The notes under the pieces: generated by a model | Databases searched by the model: none | What the model was told of the DNA's origin: nothing | Seen by the model: only the letters and a program-made list of their open reading frames with translations | DNA from: Burkholderiales bacterium | GTDB taxonomy: Bacteria; Pseudomonadota; Gammaproteobacteria; Burkholderiales; WYBJ01 | NCBI GenBank assembly: GCA_022841915.1 | Contig: JALHQN010000004.1 | Span: 280,979-344,978, forward strand | Length of the DNA stretch: 64,000 bases | Direction: 5' to 3' | Part shown: piece after piece, positions 1 through 8,785 of the stretch | How the letters are laid out: each line of letters starts with the position of its first letter | Position numbering within the stretch: position 1 is the stretch's first letter | Position numbers and translations under genes: made by a program

Positions 1-79
1 GCGGCGTGCCTCCCGGCACGCCGGCTTGGGGGTGTTCACGTGTCTTGCGAGTGCTCGCTTGGCGACGATCGAACGCGGC

Positions 80-895
80 TCAAGCCACCGCGGTTCTGCG
101 CCAGGCAATGGCGTTGCGCAGCAAAGTCATGAACGACTCGTTCTCCCACGGATGGCGAAAGTCGCCAGGCGGCGTGCCGGCGGGATCGTCGTTGCGTCCC
201 GCGCGTGCGGCCGGGTTGTGGCAATGGCCGAACGCGAAGTAGGTGACACTGCCCTTGCCGAGGTCGCGGGTGTAACCGAGGACGCGCGACTTCCCGTCGG
301 GCTGCAGCGAGGTGTCGGTCGTATACAGCGACGCGAGGGCGGCAGGCGCGGCATCGGGTCCGTAGTCGGCGGTGAGCAGGATGCGGGTGGAGGCCGGGTC
401 CTGCAGTTCGATGAAATAGGGCTCGTCCTCGATCTCGAACGATGGGCCGAGACCGCGAGTCAGCGGATGATCGGCATCGCGCACATCGACGCGCATCGTG
501 CGTATCGGCGGATGGATGAGGAAGCGGTTGCCGAGCAAGGCGTGATGGTCGAGCTTGACGGTGCGGCGCTGACGTACGCCTTCCACGCGCTCGGCCTTGC
601 CGCCGCTCGTCCCGTGCAGCGCCAGCCAATGGCCGCCCGCCTCCAGCCAGTCCTTGATCGCGCTGCATTGGGCCGCGTTGGGGTAGGGGCCGGCCATGTA
701 GGTGATCAGCAGGCGGGACACCGGCAGCCACTTGTCGATATCGGCGAAGTCGTTCGCGACCGAGGCGGCGACGTCCCCCTCGGCGAGCAGGGTCAGCAGG
801 CGCAGGCGCACGTGGTCGTGGTCGTGTCCGGCACTCGAACCGGGCGGAAAGCCGCCTGCGACGAGATGGGCTCGGTACGGCTGGGTGTCACTCAT
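80..895 (-). CDS. ThuA-domain (trehalose-utilisation-like) protein
   Basis: Complete 271-aa ORF from ATG with a GAGG-like SD upstream. The sequence (VAGGFPPGSSAGHDH, GGHWLALHG, EDEPYF) recalls the ThuA family. It is the last gene of a co-directional minus-strand cluster. Confidence 0.6.
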   Translation of the reverse strand: MSDTQPYRAHLVAGGFPPGSSAGHDHDHVRLRLLTLLAEGDVAASVANDFADIDKWLPVSRLLITYMAGPYPNAAQCSAIKDWLEAGGHWLALHGTSGGKAERVEGVRQRRTVKLDHHALLGNRFLIHPPIRTMRVDVRDADHPLTRGLGPSFEIEDEPYFIELQDPASTRILLTADYGPDAAPAALASLYTTDTSLQPDGKSRVLGYTRDLGKGSVTYFAFGHCHNPAARAGRNDDPAGTPPGDFRHPWENESFMTLLRNAIAWRRTAVA

Positions 896-1087
896 GGGTT
901 ACCTCGCTCGGATGGTCCGTCCCGGGGACGGGTTGAAAAGTCGGGGTGTTCATGCGGTCTCGATTCGAACATGCATGGCCGGGCAATGCGAGCCGCATGA
1001 TCGTCTTGCGGCGATCCCGTCGCAGCGCGGCTTCGCCGCACGGTGCCTGAAGCCATCGGATTCGGTCTGTCGGTCGCTACGGCCGGG

Positions 1088-3310
1088 TCAGCAGCCCGCC
1101 TTCACGCCGTCCACGGCGATCACGCCCTCGCGAACCAGCCGGCCCAATTCGCCCGCCATGCCGATTTCGGCCAGCACGCTGGCTGCGTCCGATCCGGGTC
1201 TGGGCGCGGGGCGTCCGACCGTGACCGGCGTGCGAGACATCCTCACCCCGGGCGCGGTGGTGGTGATCGGGCCGAAGCCTTCGTGATCGCGCGTGATGGC
1301 CAGGCCGCGGGCCTGCACCAGAGGATCGGTCATGAGGTCGACCAGATCGGGTGCGACGCGGTGCGCGCCGATGCCTGCTTGCGTGAGCGCCTCGACCCAG
1401 GCCGCGACCGTGCGTGTGCGCAGGCGTTCTTCCAGCGCGCGTTCGAGGTCCGCGCCCCTGCGACCGGCAAGATCCGCCAGCGCGGGGCACTGCGTCAGTT
1501 CGTCGCCTCTTGCCGCGAGGAACAGCCAGCCGTCGTTGGCCTGATAGAGGCGATCGAGCGGCCCGCTGCCCAGAGCTTCCTGGCCGTGCGGCTCGTTCCA
1601 TTGCTTGCCCTCGTGGCCTTGCAGCAGCGCCGATTGCAGCATGGTCGCCGTGTAGGCCAGAGCGCTGTCGACGAACTGGCCTTGCCCGGTGCGGCGCCGA
1701 TGCAATAGCGCCAGCGCCACGCCATAGCAGGCCATCAATCCCGTGCCGTAGTCGTTCGCTGCGAAGGGGGCGGTGGCGGGCTTCGCCGAACCGTAACGCA
1801 CCTGCATGCCGGAGACCGCTTGTCCGATCTGCTCGTGGCCCGGCCGCATGGCATAGGGGCCGATGTGACCGAAGGTGTTCATCGAGCCATACACGATGTC
1901 CGGTCGGCGGGCGCGGACCTGTTCGTAGCCGATGCCGAGCTTCTCGGCGACCCCGCCGCGAAAGTTCTGCAGCACGACATCGGCCTGCTCCACGAGCTTC
2001 CAGAAGATCTCCAGACCTTCCTTCGTCTTCAGATCGATCAGGATGCTGCGCTTGGCGCGGTTGATGTCGTTGTGCCGCAGCACCGTGCGCGTGTGCGGGC
2101 TGTCGATCTTGATGACATCGGCTCCGAACTCGGCCAGCGTGCGCCCGCAGGTCGGTCCGGCCAGGACGATGCACAAGTCCACGACCTTCACGCCCTGCAT
2201 GGCGGCCCGTAGTTCTTCCCCGGCGGCGGGCGCAGCCGCAGGCGTGGACCGGCGCAGATCCTGCAGGATCTGCGCGCGGTGCGCGTCGAGCTTGGGCCGC
2301 GGATTGCGCACCGACCCCGGTGTGACCGACAAGCGGGTGTTGATGCCCGGCCCGCGAAAGCGGCCCAACTGCGGATCGTCGTACTCGGCGATGATCTGCG
2401 ATTGCAGCGCTTGCGGATGCTGCAGCCATTCGGCGCTGGTGTGGCAGATGACGCCCTCCGAGCCGATCTGCGCGACGATGTCTTCCCATTCCTTGGCCGT
2501 GCGCGTGCGCATGATCTCGTCGAACTTCTGCGCCAGTTGTTGCGGCGGCAGTTTCGCCTCGCGCCATTGGTCCATGCCGATCGAGCGGATGAAGGCTTCG
2601 AACTTCTTGTTGTTGGCGACGTACATGAACCAGGGTGCATCCTTGCAGGGCAGCTGCCGGCTCCAGTTGAAGGCGGGTTCCTGCTCGGGCTTGCCGTCGA
2701 CCAGCAGGCCGCGCGCGCCCACCACGCTGAAGGTCGCATCGAACAGTGGCATCTCCACGCGCTGGCCGAGTCCGGATCGCGCCCGGGCGTTGAGCGCCAT
2801 GGCGACCGACACCGCGCAGAGGAAGGCGGCGTAGGCCGAGCCGTAGGGAATCACGGTATAGACCGGCCGGCCCTGGGTGGTGTGAGAGGCGCGATAGGCG
2901 CCGGTCGCCGCACCCACCACGCCTTCCCATGCGCGCACCTGCGAACGCGGGTCGTCCGAGCCGAAGCCTGGCAGCGAGCAGTAGACGAGTCGCGGATTGA
3001 TTGCTGTCATCGCCTCAGCGCCGAGGCCGAGGCGATCCATCACGCCCGGGCGGAAGTTCTCGATCACGACATCCGCGCTGGCGACGAGTTGCCGTGCGGT
3101 TTCGCGATCGGCATCGGTCTTCAGGTCGAGCACGATGCTGCGCTTGTTGCGATTCCAGGTGGCGTTGGCGGGCGTATCCCAGCGCGGTCCGCCGGGGGGA
3201 TCCACGCGGACGACATCCGCGCCGTGGTCGCCCAGCAGCATCGCCGCCATGGGGCCGGCCATGTACTGACCGAAGTCGATGACGCGTATGCCTTCGAGCG
3301 TGCCCGCCAT
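1088..3310 (-). CDS. Tandem-fused family III (CaiB/BaiF-type) CoA-transferase, two domains in one 740-aa chain
   Basis: The N-terminal signature (GIRVIDFGQYMAGPMAAMLLGDHGADVVRVDPP ... NKRSIVLDLK ... ADVVIENFRPG) recurs at about residue 375 (GVKVVDLCIVLAGPTCGRTLAEFGADVIKIDSP ... AKRSILIDLK ... ADVVLQNFRGG). The second half carries NDYGTG. Confidence 0.85.
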   Translation of the reverse strand: MAGTLEGIRVIDFGQYMAGPMAAMLLGDHGADVVRVDPPGGPRWDTPANATWNRNKRSIVLDLKTDADRETARQLVASADVVIENFRPGVMDRLGLGAEAMTAINPRLVYCSLPGFGSDDPRSQVRAWEGVVGAATGAYRASHTTQGRPVYTVIPYGSAYAAFLCAVSVAMALNARARSGLGQRVEMPLFDATFSVVGARGLLVDGKPEQEPAFNWSRQLPCKDAPWFMYVANNKKFEAFIRSIGMDQWREAKLPPQQLAQKFDEIMRTRTAKEWEDIVAQIGSEGVICHTSAEWLQHPQALQSQIIAEYDDPQLGRFRGPGINTRLSVTPGSVRNPRPKLDAHRAQILQDLRRSTPAAAPAAGEELRAAMQGVKVVDLCIVLAGPTCGRTLAEFGADVIKIDSPHTRTVLRHNDINRAKRSILIDLKTKEGLEIFWKLVEQADVVLQNFRGGVAEKLGIGYEQVRARRPDIVYGSMNTFGHIGPYAMRPGHEQIGQAVSGMQVRYGSAKPATAPFAANDYGTGLMACYGVALALLHRRRTGQGQFVDSALAYTATMLQSALLQGHEGKQWNEPHGQEALGSGPLDRLYQANDGWLFLAARGDELTQCPALADLAGRRGADLERALEERLRTRTVAAWVEALTQAGIGAHRVAPDLVDLMTDPLVQARGLAITRDHEGFGPITTTAPGVRMSRTPVTVGRPAPRPGSDAASVLAEIGMAGELGRLVREGVIAVDGVKAGC

Positions 3311-3376
3311 GATGATCCTCCTCGATGGATTGCTGTGCCGGCTCGGGGCGCGCTGCCGTCGAGCCGGGAAGGCCGG

Positions 3377-4192
3377 CTAGCGCGACGGCCCGACGAGCGA
3401 TGCGCCGCCGTCGAGGCAGATGCTCTGCCCGGTCATGAACTTCGACTGATCCGACAGCAGGAAGCGCACGAGCTGGCCCGTATCCCAGCCGGTGCCTTCG
3501 CGCTTCATTAGGGAGGCTTCGGCCCGCAGCCGGCGCTTCTCCGGGGTCAGATTGCGGTTGATGTTCGGCGTGAAGACGGGGCCCAGGATGATGCAGTTGG
3601 CCCGGATGCCATGGGCGCCATGGTCGACGGCGAGGGTGGCCGTGAGCGATATGACAGCGCCCTTGGTGACCGTGTAGACGGTTGAAGCCTGCGGGCGGAT
3701 GCTGCGCAGCGAACCGATGTTGACGATCGCCCCGCCCTGGCCGCCCTTGATCATCGCGGGTATGGCGTACTTGCACATCAGCATCATGCTGTCGACGTTG
3801 AGCGCGAACATGCTGCGCCAATCGTCGAGGCTGATCTGGGTGACGTCGCCGGGGAGGTTGCGGCCGACGTTGTTGTCGAGGCAATCCAGACGGCCGTATT
3901 TGTCCATCGTGGCTTCGACCACGCCTTTGCAGGCGGCTTCGGTGGTCACGTCGGCCACGTGCGCGAAGGCTTCGCCGCCTTCCTTCGCGATGATGTCGAC
4001 GGTGTGTTGCGCGAGTTCGAGCGTGCGGCCCACCACGCAGACCTTGGCTCCGGCGCGCGCGAGCAGGATCGCGGCGGCGCGCCCGTTGGTGACGCCTTCG
4101 TCGAGCCCTTGCCCGATGGGGCCGCCCGCCCCGGAGACGATCGCGACCTTGCCGGTCAAGCCATAGTCGTTTGCGATGGTTTCGAATGCCAT
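3377..4192 (-). CDS. SDR-family oxidoreductase
   Basis: 271 aa with the Rossmann motif VSGAGGPIGQG, NNVG, and the catalytic YTVTKGA (YxxxK). Confidence 0.85.
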   Translation of the reverse strand: MAFETIANDYGLTGKVAIVSGAGGPIGQGLDEGVTNGRAAAILLARAGAKVCVVGRTLELAQHTVDIIAKEGGEAFAHVADVTTEAACKGVVEATMDKYGRLDCLDNNVGRNLPGDVTQISLDDWRSMFALNVDSMMLMCKYAIPAMIKGGQGGAIVNIGSLRSIRPQASTVYTVTKGAVISLTATLAVDHGAHGIRANCIILGPVFTPNINRNLTPEKRRLRAEASLMKREGTGWDTGQLVRFLLSDQSKFMTGQSICLDGGASLVGPSR

Positions 4193-4282
4193 GAAGATGT
4201 TCCTTCCTGAGGGGTTGATAGGCCGGCCGATGACGACGTCGACCGGCGGTGATCCGGTTTCGATACGGGCGAGCTCGGAGCG

Positions 4283-5377
4283 CTAGACGTCCAGTGCCGT
4301 GCCCGTATCGGATGCGCGTTGGATTGTATCGATGAAACGATGCAGGTCGACCGCCGTCTCGAAGGTCGGCAGTCGATTCTTGCCGGTGCGCACTGCTTCG
4401 GCGAACAAGGTGTACATCTGTCCGACATTGAAGGGGTCGCCGCGCGGAAACTCGGGCGGCACCCAGACGAAACGGTCCGGAATCGTCAGGTCGCGCAATT
4501 CGTGGCCGCGCTGCGCGCCCTGGATGCGCAGCATCTCTCCGCGCTGCGACGAGATGCTGCCGGTCACCAGCAGCGAGCCTTCGCGGCCGTAGATCTCCAG
4601 CCGGAAGCCGCTGCCGGCCCAGGGAGCCGCGCCCACATGGGCCGAGGCGACCGCACCGCTTGCGAGCTTGCCGCAGACCTGGATGTTGTCCGGCGAGGTG
4701 ACCTCGACCATGCGCTCGGTATCGGTCTCGTACCATTGCTTCGACTGGGTGGTCACCATGCTCGATACACGGGCGAAGTCGCCGACGGCGAACCGCATGG
4801 CGTCGATGGCGTGCCCGGTGGCGATGGTAAGCGTGTTGGCGCCTTGAGTGACATCGCGCTGCCAGGCGCGGCTCGACGGGCGCGCCAGCGTGCCGTCGCG
4901 AAAACAGCTCATGTGGCAGGCGAGCACCTCACCCACGTAGCCGGTCTCCACCAACTCTTTCACGTAGAGCATCGCGGGGCTGACGCGAGACTGCAATCCG
5001 ACCACCGTTAGCACGCCCTTGGCACGAGCGAGCGAAGTCAGTTCCTGCGCCTCGGCGGTCGTGCGCCCCAGCGGCCACTCGGTGTAGACGTGCTTGCCGG
5101 CTTCGATCGCGGCCTTGGTCGGCTCGTAGTGCAAAGGCACTTTGACGACCACGGCCACGGCGTCGATTTCGGGCGAGGCGACCATCTCGCGGAAGTCGTG
5201 AAAGGCGAGCTTGGCGCCGAAGGCCTTGCGGGCCTCTTCGGCGCTCTCCGGTCGGGTGGTGCATACGGCGGTGAACTCGACCTCCGGGTGCGCCATCAGC
5301 GCGGGGAAGTGGGACTGCGAGGCCCAATGCGATTTCACGTTGGCGCCGACGAACCCCAGGCGGATCTTCTTTTGCAT
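4283..5377 (-). CDS. Gfo/Idh/MocA-family NAD(P)-dependent oxidoreductase
   Basis: 364 aa with an N-terminal LGFVGAN...SHFPAL Rossmann segment, EWPL, and a C-terminal alpha/beta domain typical of the family. Confidence 0.8.
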   Translation of the reverse strand: MQKKIRLGFVGANVKSHWASQSHFPALMAHPEVEFTAVCTTRPESAEEARKAFGAKLAFHDFREMVASPEIDAVAVVVKVPLHYEPTKAAIEAGKHVYTEWPLGRTTAEAQELTSLARAKGVLTVVGLQSRVSPAMLYVKELVETGYVGEVLACHMSCFRDGTLARPSSRAWQRDVTQGANTLTIATGHAIDAMRFAVGDFARVSSMVTTQSKQWYETDTERMVEVTSPDNIQVCGKLASGAVASAHVGAAPWAGSGFRLEIYGREGSLLVTGSISSQRGEMLRIQGAQRGHELRDLTIPDRFVWVPPEFPRGDPFNVGQMYTLFAEAVRTGKNRLPTFETAVDLHRFIDTIQRASDTGTALDV

Positions 5378-5410
5378 CAGGCGAACTCCTTGTGGTCGAT
5401 GTGAGCGTCC

Positions 5411-6256
5411 TCAGTGGGACGCCGGTGCTTCCTTGATGGATACGCGCCAGTGGATGCGTTCTTCCTCCGGGGGATAGTCGCCGGCCGCCTGATGATACGA
5501 GCAGCGATTGTCCCAGATCACGATGTCGCCGACCTGCCACTTGTGGGTGTACTGGGCGCCATGCGGGGTCATGCAGCCGGTGAGTTCCTCGATGAGGGCA
5601 TCGCTGTCTTCCGCGCTCATGCCCTCGATGTGCGAAATCTTCACCGAGTCGAAGTAGAGCACCCGGCGTCCGGTTTCGCGATGCGTGCCGAGGATGGGAT
5701 GGCGCACGGGCTTGCGGGCATCGAAATCCGCTTGCGTGAGCAGCGGGTTGTATTCCTTGCGGCGACCGCCGTAGATGTAGACTCCGAACTTGCCTTCGAG
5801 CGTCTGCTTGAGCCGCGCGGGCAACAGATCGTAGGCGGTGTACATGCTGGCGAAGTAGGTGTCGCCGCCGCGGCTGGGCACGGCGAGACAATGCAGCTGC
5901 GTCGCCTTGTACGGCTCCTCCTCGAAGTTGCCGTCGGTATGGAAGTTGGTGGCGCCGCGCCGATAGATCTTGTTGTTGAGGGTGCCGTCGGGATTGAATT
6001 TGTTCACGCCCAGCATCGTGATTTCGGGATGCTCGGGGTGCTGGGTGGTCTTCGAGGCGTGCGGAACCAGCCGGCCGAAGCGCCGACTGTAGGCGAGGAA
6101 CTGCGCCGGCGTAAGTTTCTGCCCGCGCACGCAGACCACGTTGTGGTCCAGCCACGCTCGGTAGATCTTGCCGAAGCCCGCGTCATCCAGGGTGGTGACG
6201 TCGACGCCCGTGATCTGCGCGCCTATTCCCTCGCCCAGGCAGCGAATCTCCATCAT
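5411..6256 (-). CDS. TauD/TfdA-family Fe(II)/2-oxoglutarate dioxygenase
   Basis: 281 aa with an HTD facial-triad motif (NFHTDGNF), a distal His (CSYHQA) and a taurine-dioxygenase-like N-terminus (IGAQITGVD...). It is the first gene of the minus-strand cluster. Confidence 0.8.
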   Translation of the reverse strand: MMEIRCLGEGIGAQITGVDVTTLDDAGFGKIYRAWLDHNVVCVRGQKLTPAQFLAYSRRFGRLVPHASKTTQHPEHPEITMLGVNKFNPDGTLNNKIYRRGATNFHTDGNFEEEPYKATQLHCLAVPSRGGDTYFASMYTAYDLLPARLKQTLEGKFGVYIYGGRRKEYNPLLTQADFDARKPVRHPILGTHRETGRRVLYFDSVKISHIEGMSAEDSDALIEELTGCMTPHGAQYTHKWQVGDIVIWDNRCSYHQAAGDYPPEEERIHWRVSIKEAPASH

Positions 6257-6413
6257 GTGCCTCCTCCATGGCCTAGCATTCGAGTGGCCATCTTACTCCT
6301 CGAGCGCGGTTGCGCATGACCGCCGATGGGACCCGTCGCGGGGTCCCATCGGCGCCGCGGTCCAGGCTATGATGGTTCCACCAAAACGCGTGGTCCACAC
6401 GCCAGGAGGAGCT

Positions 6414-7379
6414 ATGAAATCGGGCATCGTCGTCGTCCCGCTGGCCTTGCTGCTGGCCGGCCCCGGGAGCGCAGGGGCGCAGCAGAACTATCCCAACAAG
6501 CCGATCACGATCATCCTGCCGTATGCGCCCGGGGGGTCCACCAGCGCGCTCGTTTATCTGATGCGGCAGAAGATGGCGGAAAGCTGGGGCCACCCGCCGC
6601 TCATCCTGCATCGCCCGGGCGGCAGCGCGACGATCGGCGCGGCGGCGGCTGCGAAAGCGCCCCCCGACGGTTACACCCTGGTGTTCGTGACCGCCACGCA
6701 CGTGATCAGTCCGCTGTTGATGTCGGTCGGCTACGACCCGATCAAGGACTTCGCAGCCGTGACGCCGGTGTCCAACGTCGAGGTCGTTCTGGTGGCGCAC
6801 CCTTCGGTGCCGGCTCGCAACGTGAAGGAACTGGTGGCGCTCGCCAAGGCGCGGCCCGGGCAGCTGAACTACGCGACTGCCTCGGCCGGCAGTCCGGCCC
6901 ACCTTGCCGCCGAACTGCTGAGCATGCGGGTCGACATCAAGATGCAGAATATCGCCTACAAGGGCGGCGGGCCCGCCGTGACCGATCTGCTGGGTGGACA
7001 GGTCGAACTCATGTTCGGCAATCCTATCAACGTGGTGAATCACATCACGGGCGGGCGCCTCAAGGGCATCGCGGTTTCCGGGGAGCGGCGGCTGCCGAGC
7101 CTGGCTCAGGTGCAGACGTTCGGCGAGGGCGGTGTGCCGAATTTCGATGTCGGCTTCTGGCAGGGGCTGCTCGCACCCGCAGGCACCCCGCGCCCGATCA
7201 TCGACAGGCTCGCCGCGGAAGTCGCGCGCATCCTGGCGCTGCCCGACATCAAGGAGAAGATGACGAGCATGGGGACCGAGCCCTACATCCGGTCGCCCGA
7301 CGAGTTCGCCGCACGCATGAGAGCCGACACGGCGAAGTATGCGGAAGTCATCAAGAAGCGCGGCATCCGGGTCGAATGA
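6414..7379 (+). CDS. Bug/TctC-family tripartite tricarboxylate transporter substrate-binding protein (copy 1 of 6)
   Basis: ATG at 6414 is preceded by AGGAGGA. It has a signal peptide (MKSGIVVVPLALLLAGPGSAGA), then QNYPNKPITIILPYAPGGSTS, and a YKGGGPA motif. The ORF-track start at 6168 is an upstream extension. Confidence 0.9.
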   Translation: MKSGIVVVPLALLLAGPGSAGAQQNYPNKPITIILPYAPGGSTSALVYLMRQKMAESWGHPPLILHRPGGSATIGAAAAAKAPPDGYTLVFVTATHVISPLLMSVGYDPIKDFAAVTPVSNVEVVLVAHPSVPARNVKELVALAKARPGQLNYATASAGSPAHLAAELLSMRVDIKMQNIAYKGGGPAVTDLLGGQVELMFGNPINVVNHITGGRLKGIAVSGERRLPSLAQVQTFGEGGVPNFDVGFWQGLLAPAGTPRPIIDRLAAEVARILALPDIKEKMTSMGTEPYIRSPDEFAARMRADTAKYAEVIKKRGIRVE

Positions 7380-7401
7380 TCAGGCTCCGAGGCTTCGCGC
7401 C

Positions 7402-8511
7402 TCAGCGCAGGCTCCCGTGCCGTCCGCGCGCGGCCCCGGTCAGCGCGACGATCAGCCCGAGGGCCAGCAAGGCGTAGGTCTGCGGCTCGGGAACCGCCAC
7501 GACGACCGCGTTGAGCGTGCCGTCCAGCGCGAGTTGTCGGCCCTCGACGTAGAGGAAGCCCGTGCCGCCGCGTGCGCCGTTCTCGAACGCCCGCGGATCG
7601 TTGGTGTAAGTCTGCGTGCTCAACCCGCCGCCGTATCCACCGGTGGTGTCGATCCGTGCGTTCGGCAGCACGGTCACATCCTCGCCCATGAGCACGATGT
7701 TGCCCCCGCTACCGCCGGCACCCGGCCCGCCTTGGCCGCCCGAGTTGGCGAAGGCCCAGCCGCCGTTCGCGCCCAGGGCCAGCAGGCTGCCGCCGACGGT
7801 GATCGAGTCGGGCGTGGAGATCTCCAGGGCACCGCCCCCGCCGCCACCTGGACCGCCGCCGAGTTGTACGCCGAAGAAATACCAGCCGCTGCCGCCGCCA
7901 CCGCCCGAACCGCCGACGAGCGACGCGGGCAATGGCACGGCCGGGCTGCCCGCGACACCCGCCGTGTACTTCGTGGCCGCCATCCCGGCGGTGGCCATGC
8001 CGCCACCGCCGCCGGCGACGCCGAACACCTTGAGTCCGGAATGGGTCGGGGTGGGCCCCGGAAGACCCGGCGACAGACCCGTTCCGGCCGTCGCGTCGCG
8101 GCAATCGGCGCCGACGCAAGTCGTATCCCCGATGCCGCCGAGACCGCCGCGACCGCCGCCGGGGCCCGCTGTGGCGGTGGTCGCGGGCCGGATGTAGCCG
8201 AGATTCGGATTGACAAGATCCGCGAGGCTGACATTGCCCGCCGAAACATCGATGACCCCGCCGATGGATACCGCCCCCGTGGCGCGCAGGAACACGCCCG
8301 TGTTCGCGGTGTTGCTGCGGAACCGGATCGTGACCCCGCTCGGAATATCGATGGTCGTGAAGTTGAAGATGCCGTCCGCCGGCAGATCGAGCGTCTGGCT
8401 CGTCGCCGGGCGGAATGCGCCGTCCGATCCGTCCGAGACATGCAAAACGGCCAGGACCGGATGACTTGCCGCAAGCAGCAGCGCTGACAGGGAGGTTCTC
8501 AGGAGTCGCAT
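7402..8511 (-). CDS. Glycine-rich secreted protein with C-terminal PEP-CTERM sorting signal
   Basis: Start at MRLLRTSLSALLLAAS (signal peptide). The central region has long Gly runs. The C-terminus is VPEPQTYALLALGLIVALTGAARGR, i.e. PEP motif, TM helix and basic tail. Confidence 0.8.
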   Translation of the reverse strand: MRLLRTSLSALLLAASHPVLAVLHVSDGSDGAFRPATSQTLDLPADGIFNFTTIDIPSGVTIRFRSNTANTGVFLRATGAVSIGGVIDVSAGNVSLADLVNPNLGYIRPATTATAGPGGGRGGLGGIGDTTCVGADCRDATAGTGLSPGLPGPTPTHSGLKVFGVAGGGGGMATAGMAATKYTAGVAGSPAVPLPASLVGGSGGGGGSGWYFFGVQLGGGPGGGGGGALEISTPDSITVGGSLLALGANGGWAFANSGGQGGPGAGGSGGNIVLMGEDVTVLPNARIDTTGGYGGGLSTQTYTNDPRAFENGARGGTGFLYVEGRQLALDGTLNAVVVAVPEPQTYALLALGLIVALTGAARGRHGSLR

Positions 8512-8785
8512 CGTGCACTCTCGCTCGTTCTGGAAGGGGCTTGGATGAAGGCCATCCGCTGTCACATTAGCTCCGACCCGTTCGCCCCGCTTTGCGCTGC
8601 GTCAAACCGCCATGTCGGGTGCGTGACACGGCCTCGATGGGCAGCAGCGAATCGGCGCGGCAGTCGAGCCCGTCGGTGCTGTGCCAACATCCTGCTTTCA
8701 TGTGATAGTCTGCGATTCGCAGGGGATGCCGTGCAGCATCCTCGTCCGCGAAGCAAGCCCCTAAACCAGGCAGGAGGAGCCCCCC

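Noticed and set aside
7700-8200. Repetitive GCC/GCG/CCG-rich DNA, suggesting a possible tandem repeat or array.
   Set aside because: It is the antisense of the Gly-codon runs of the PEP-CTERM protein. This is low-complexity coding sequence with no regular repeat-spacer periodicity, so it is not a CRISPR array or VNTR.
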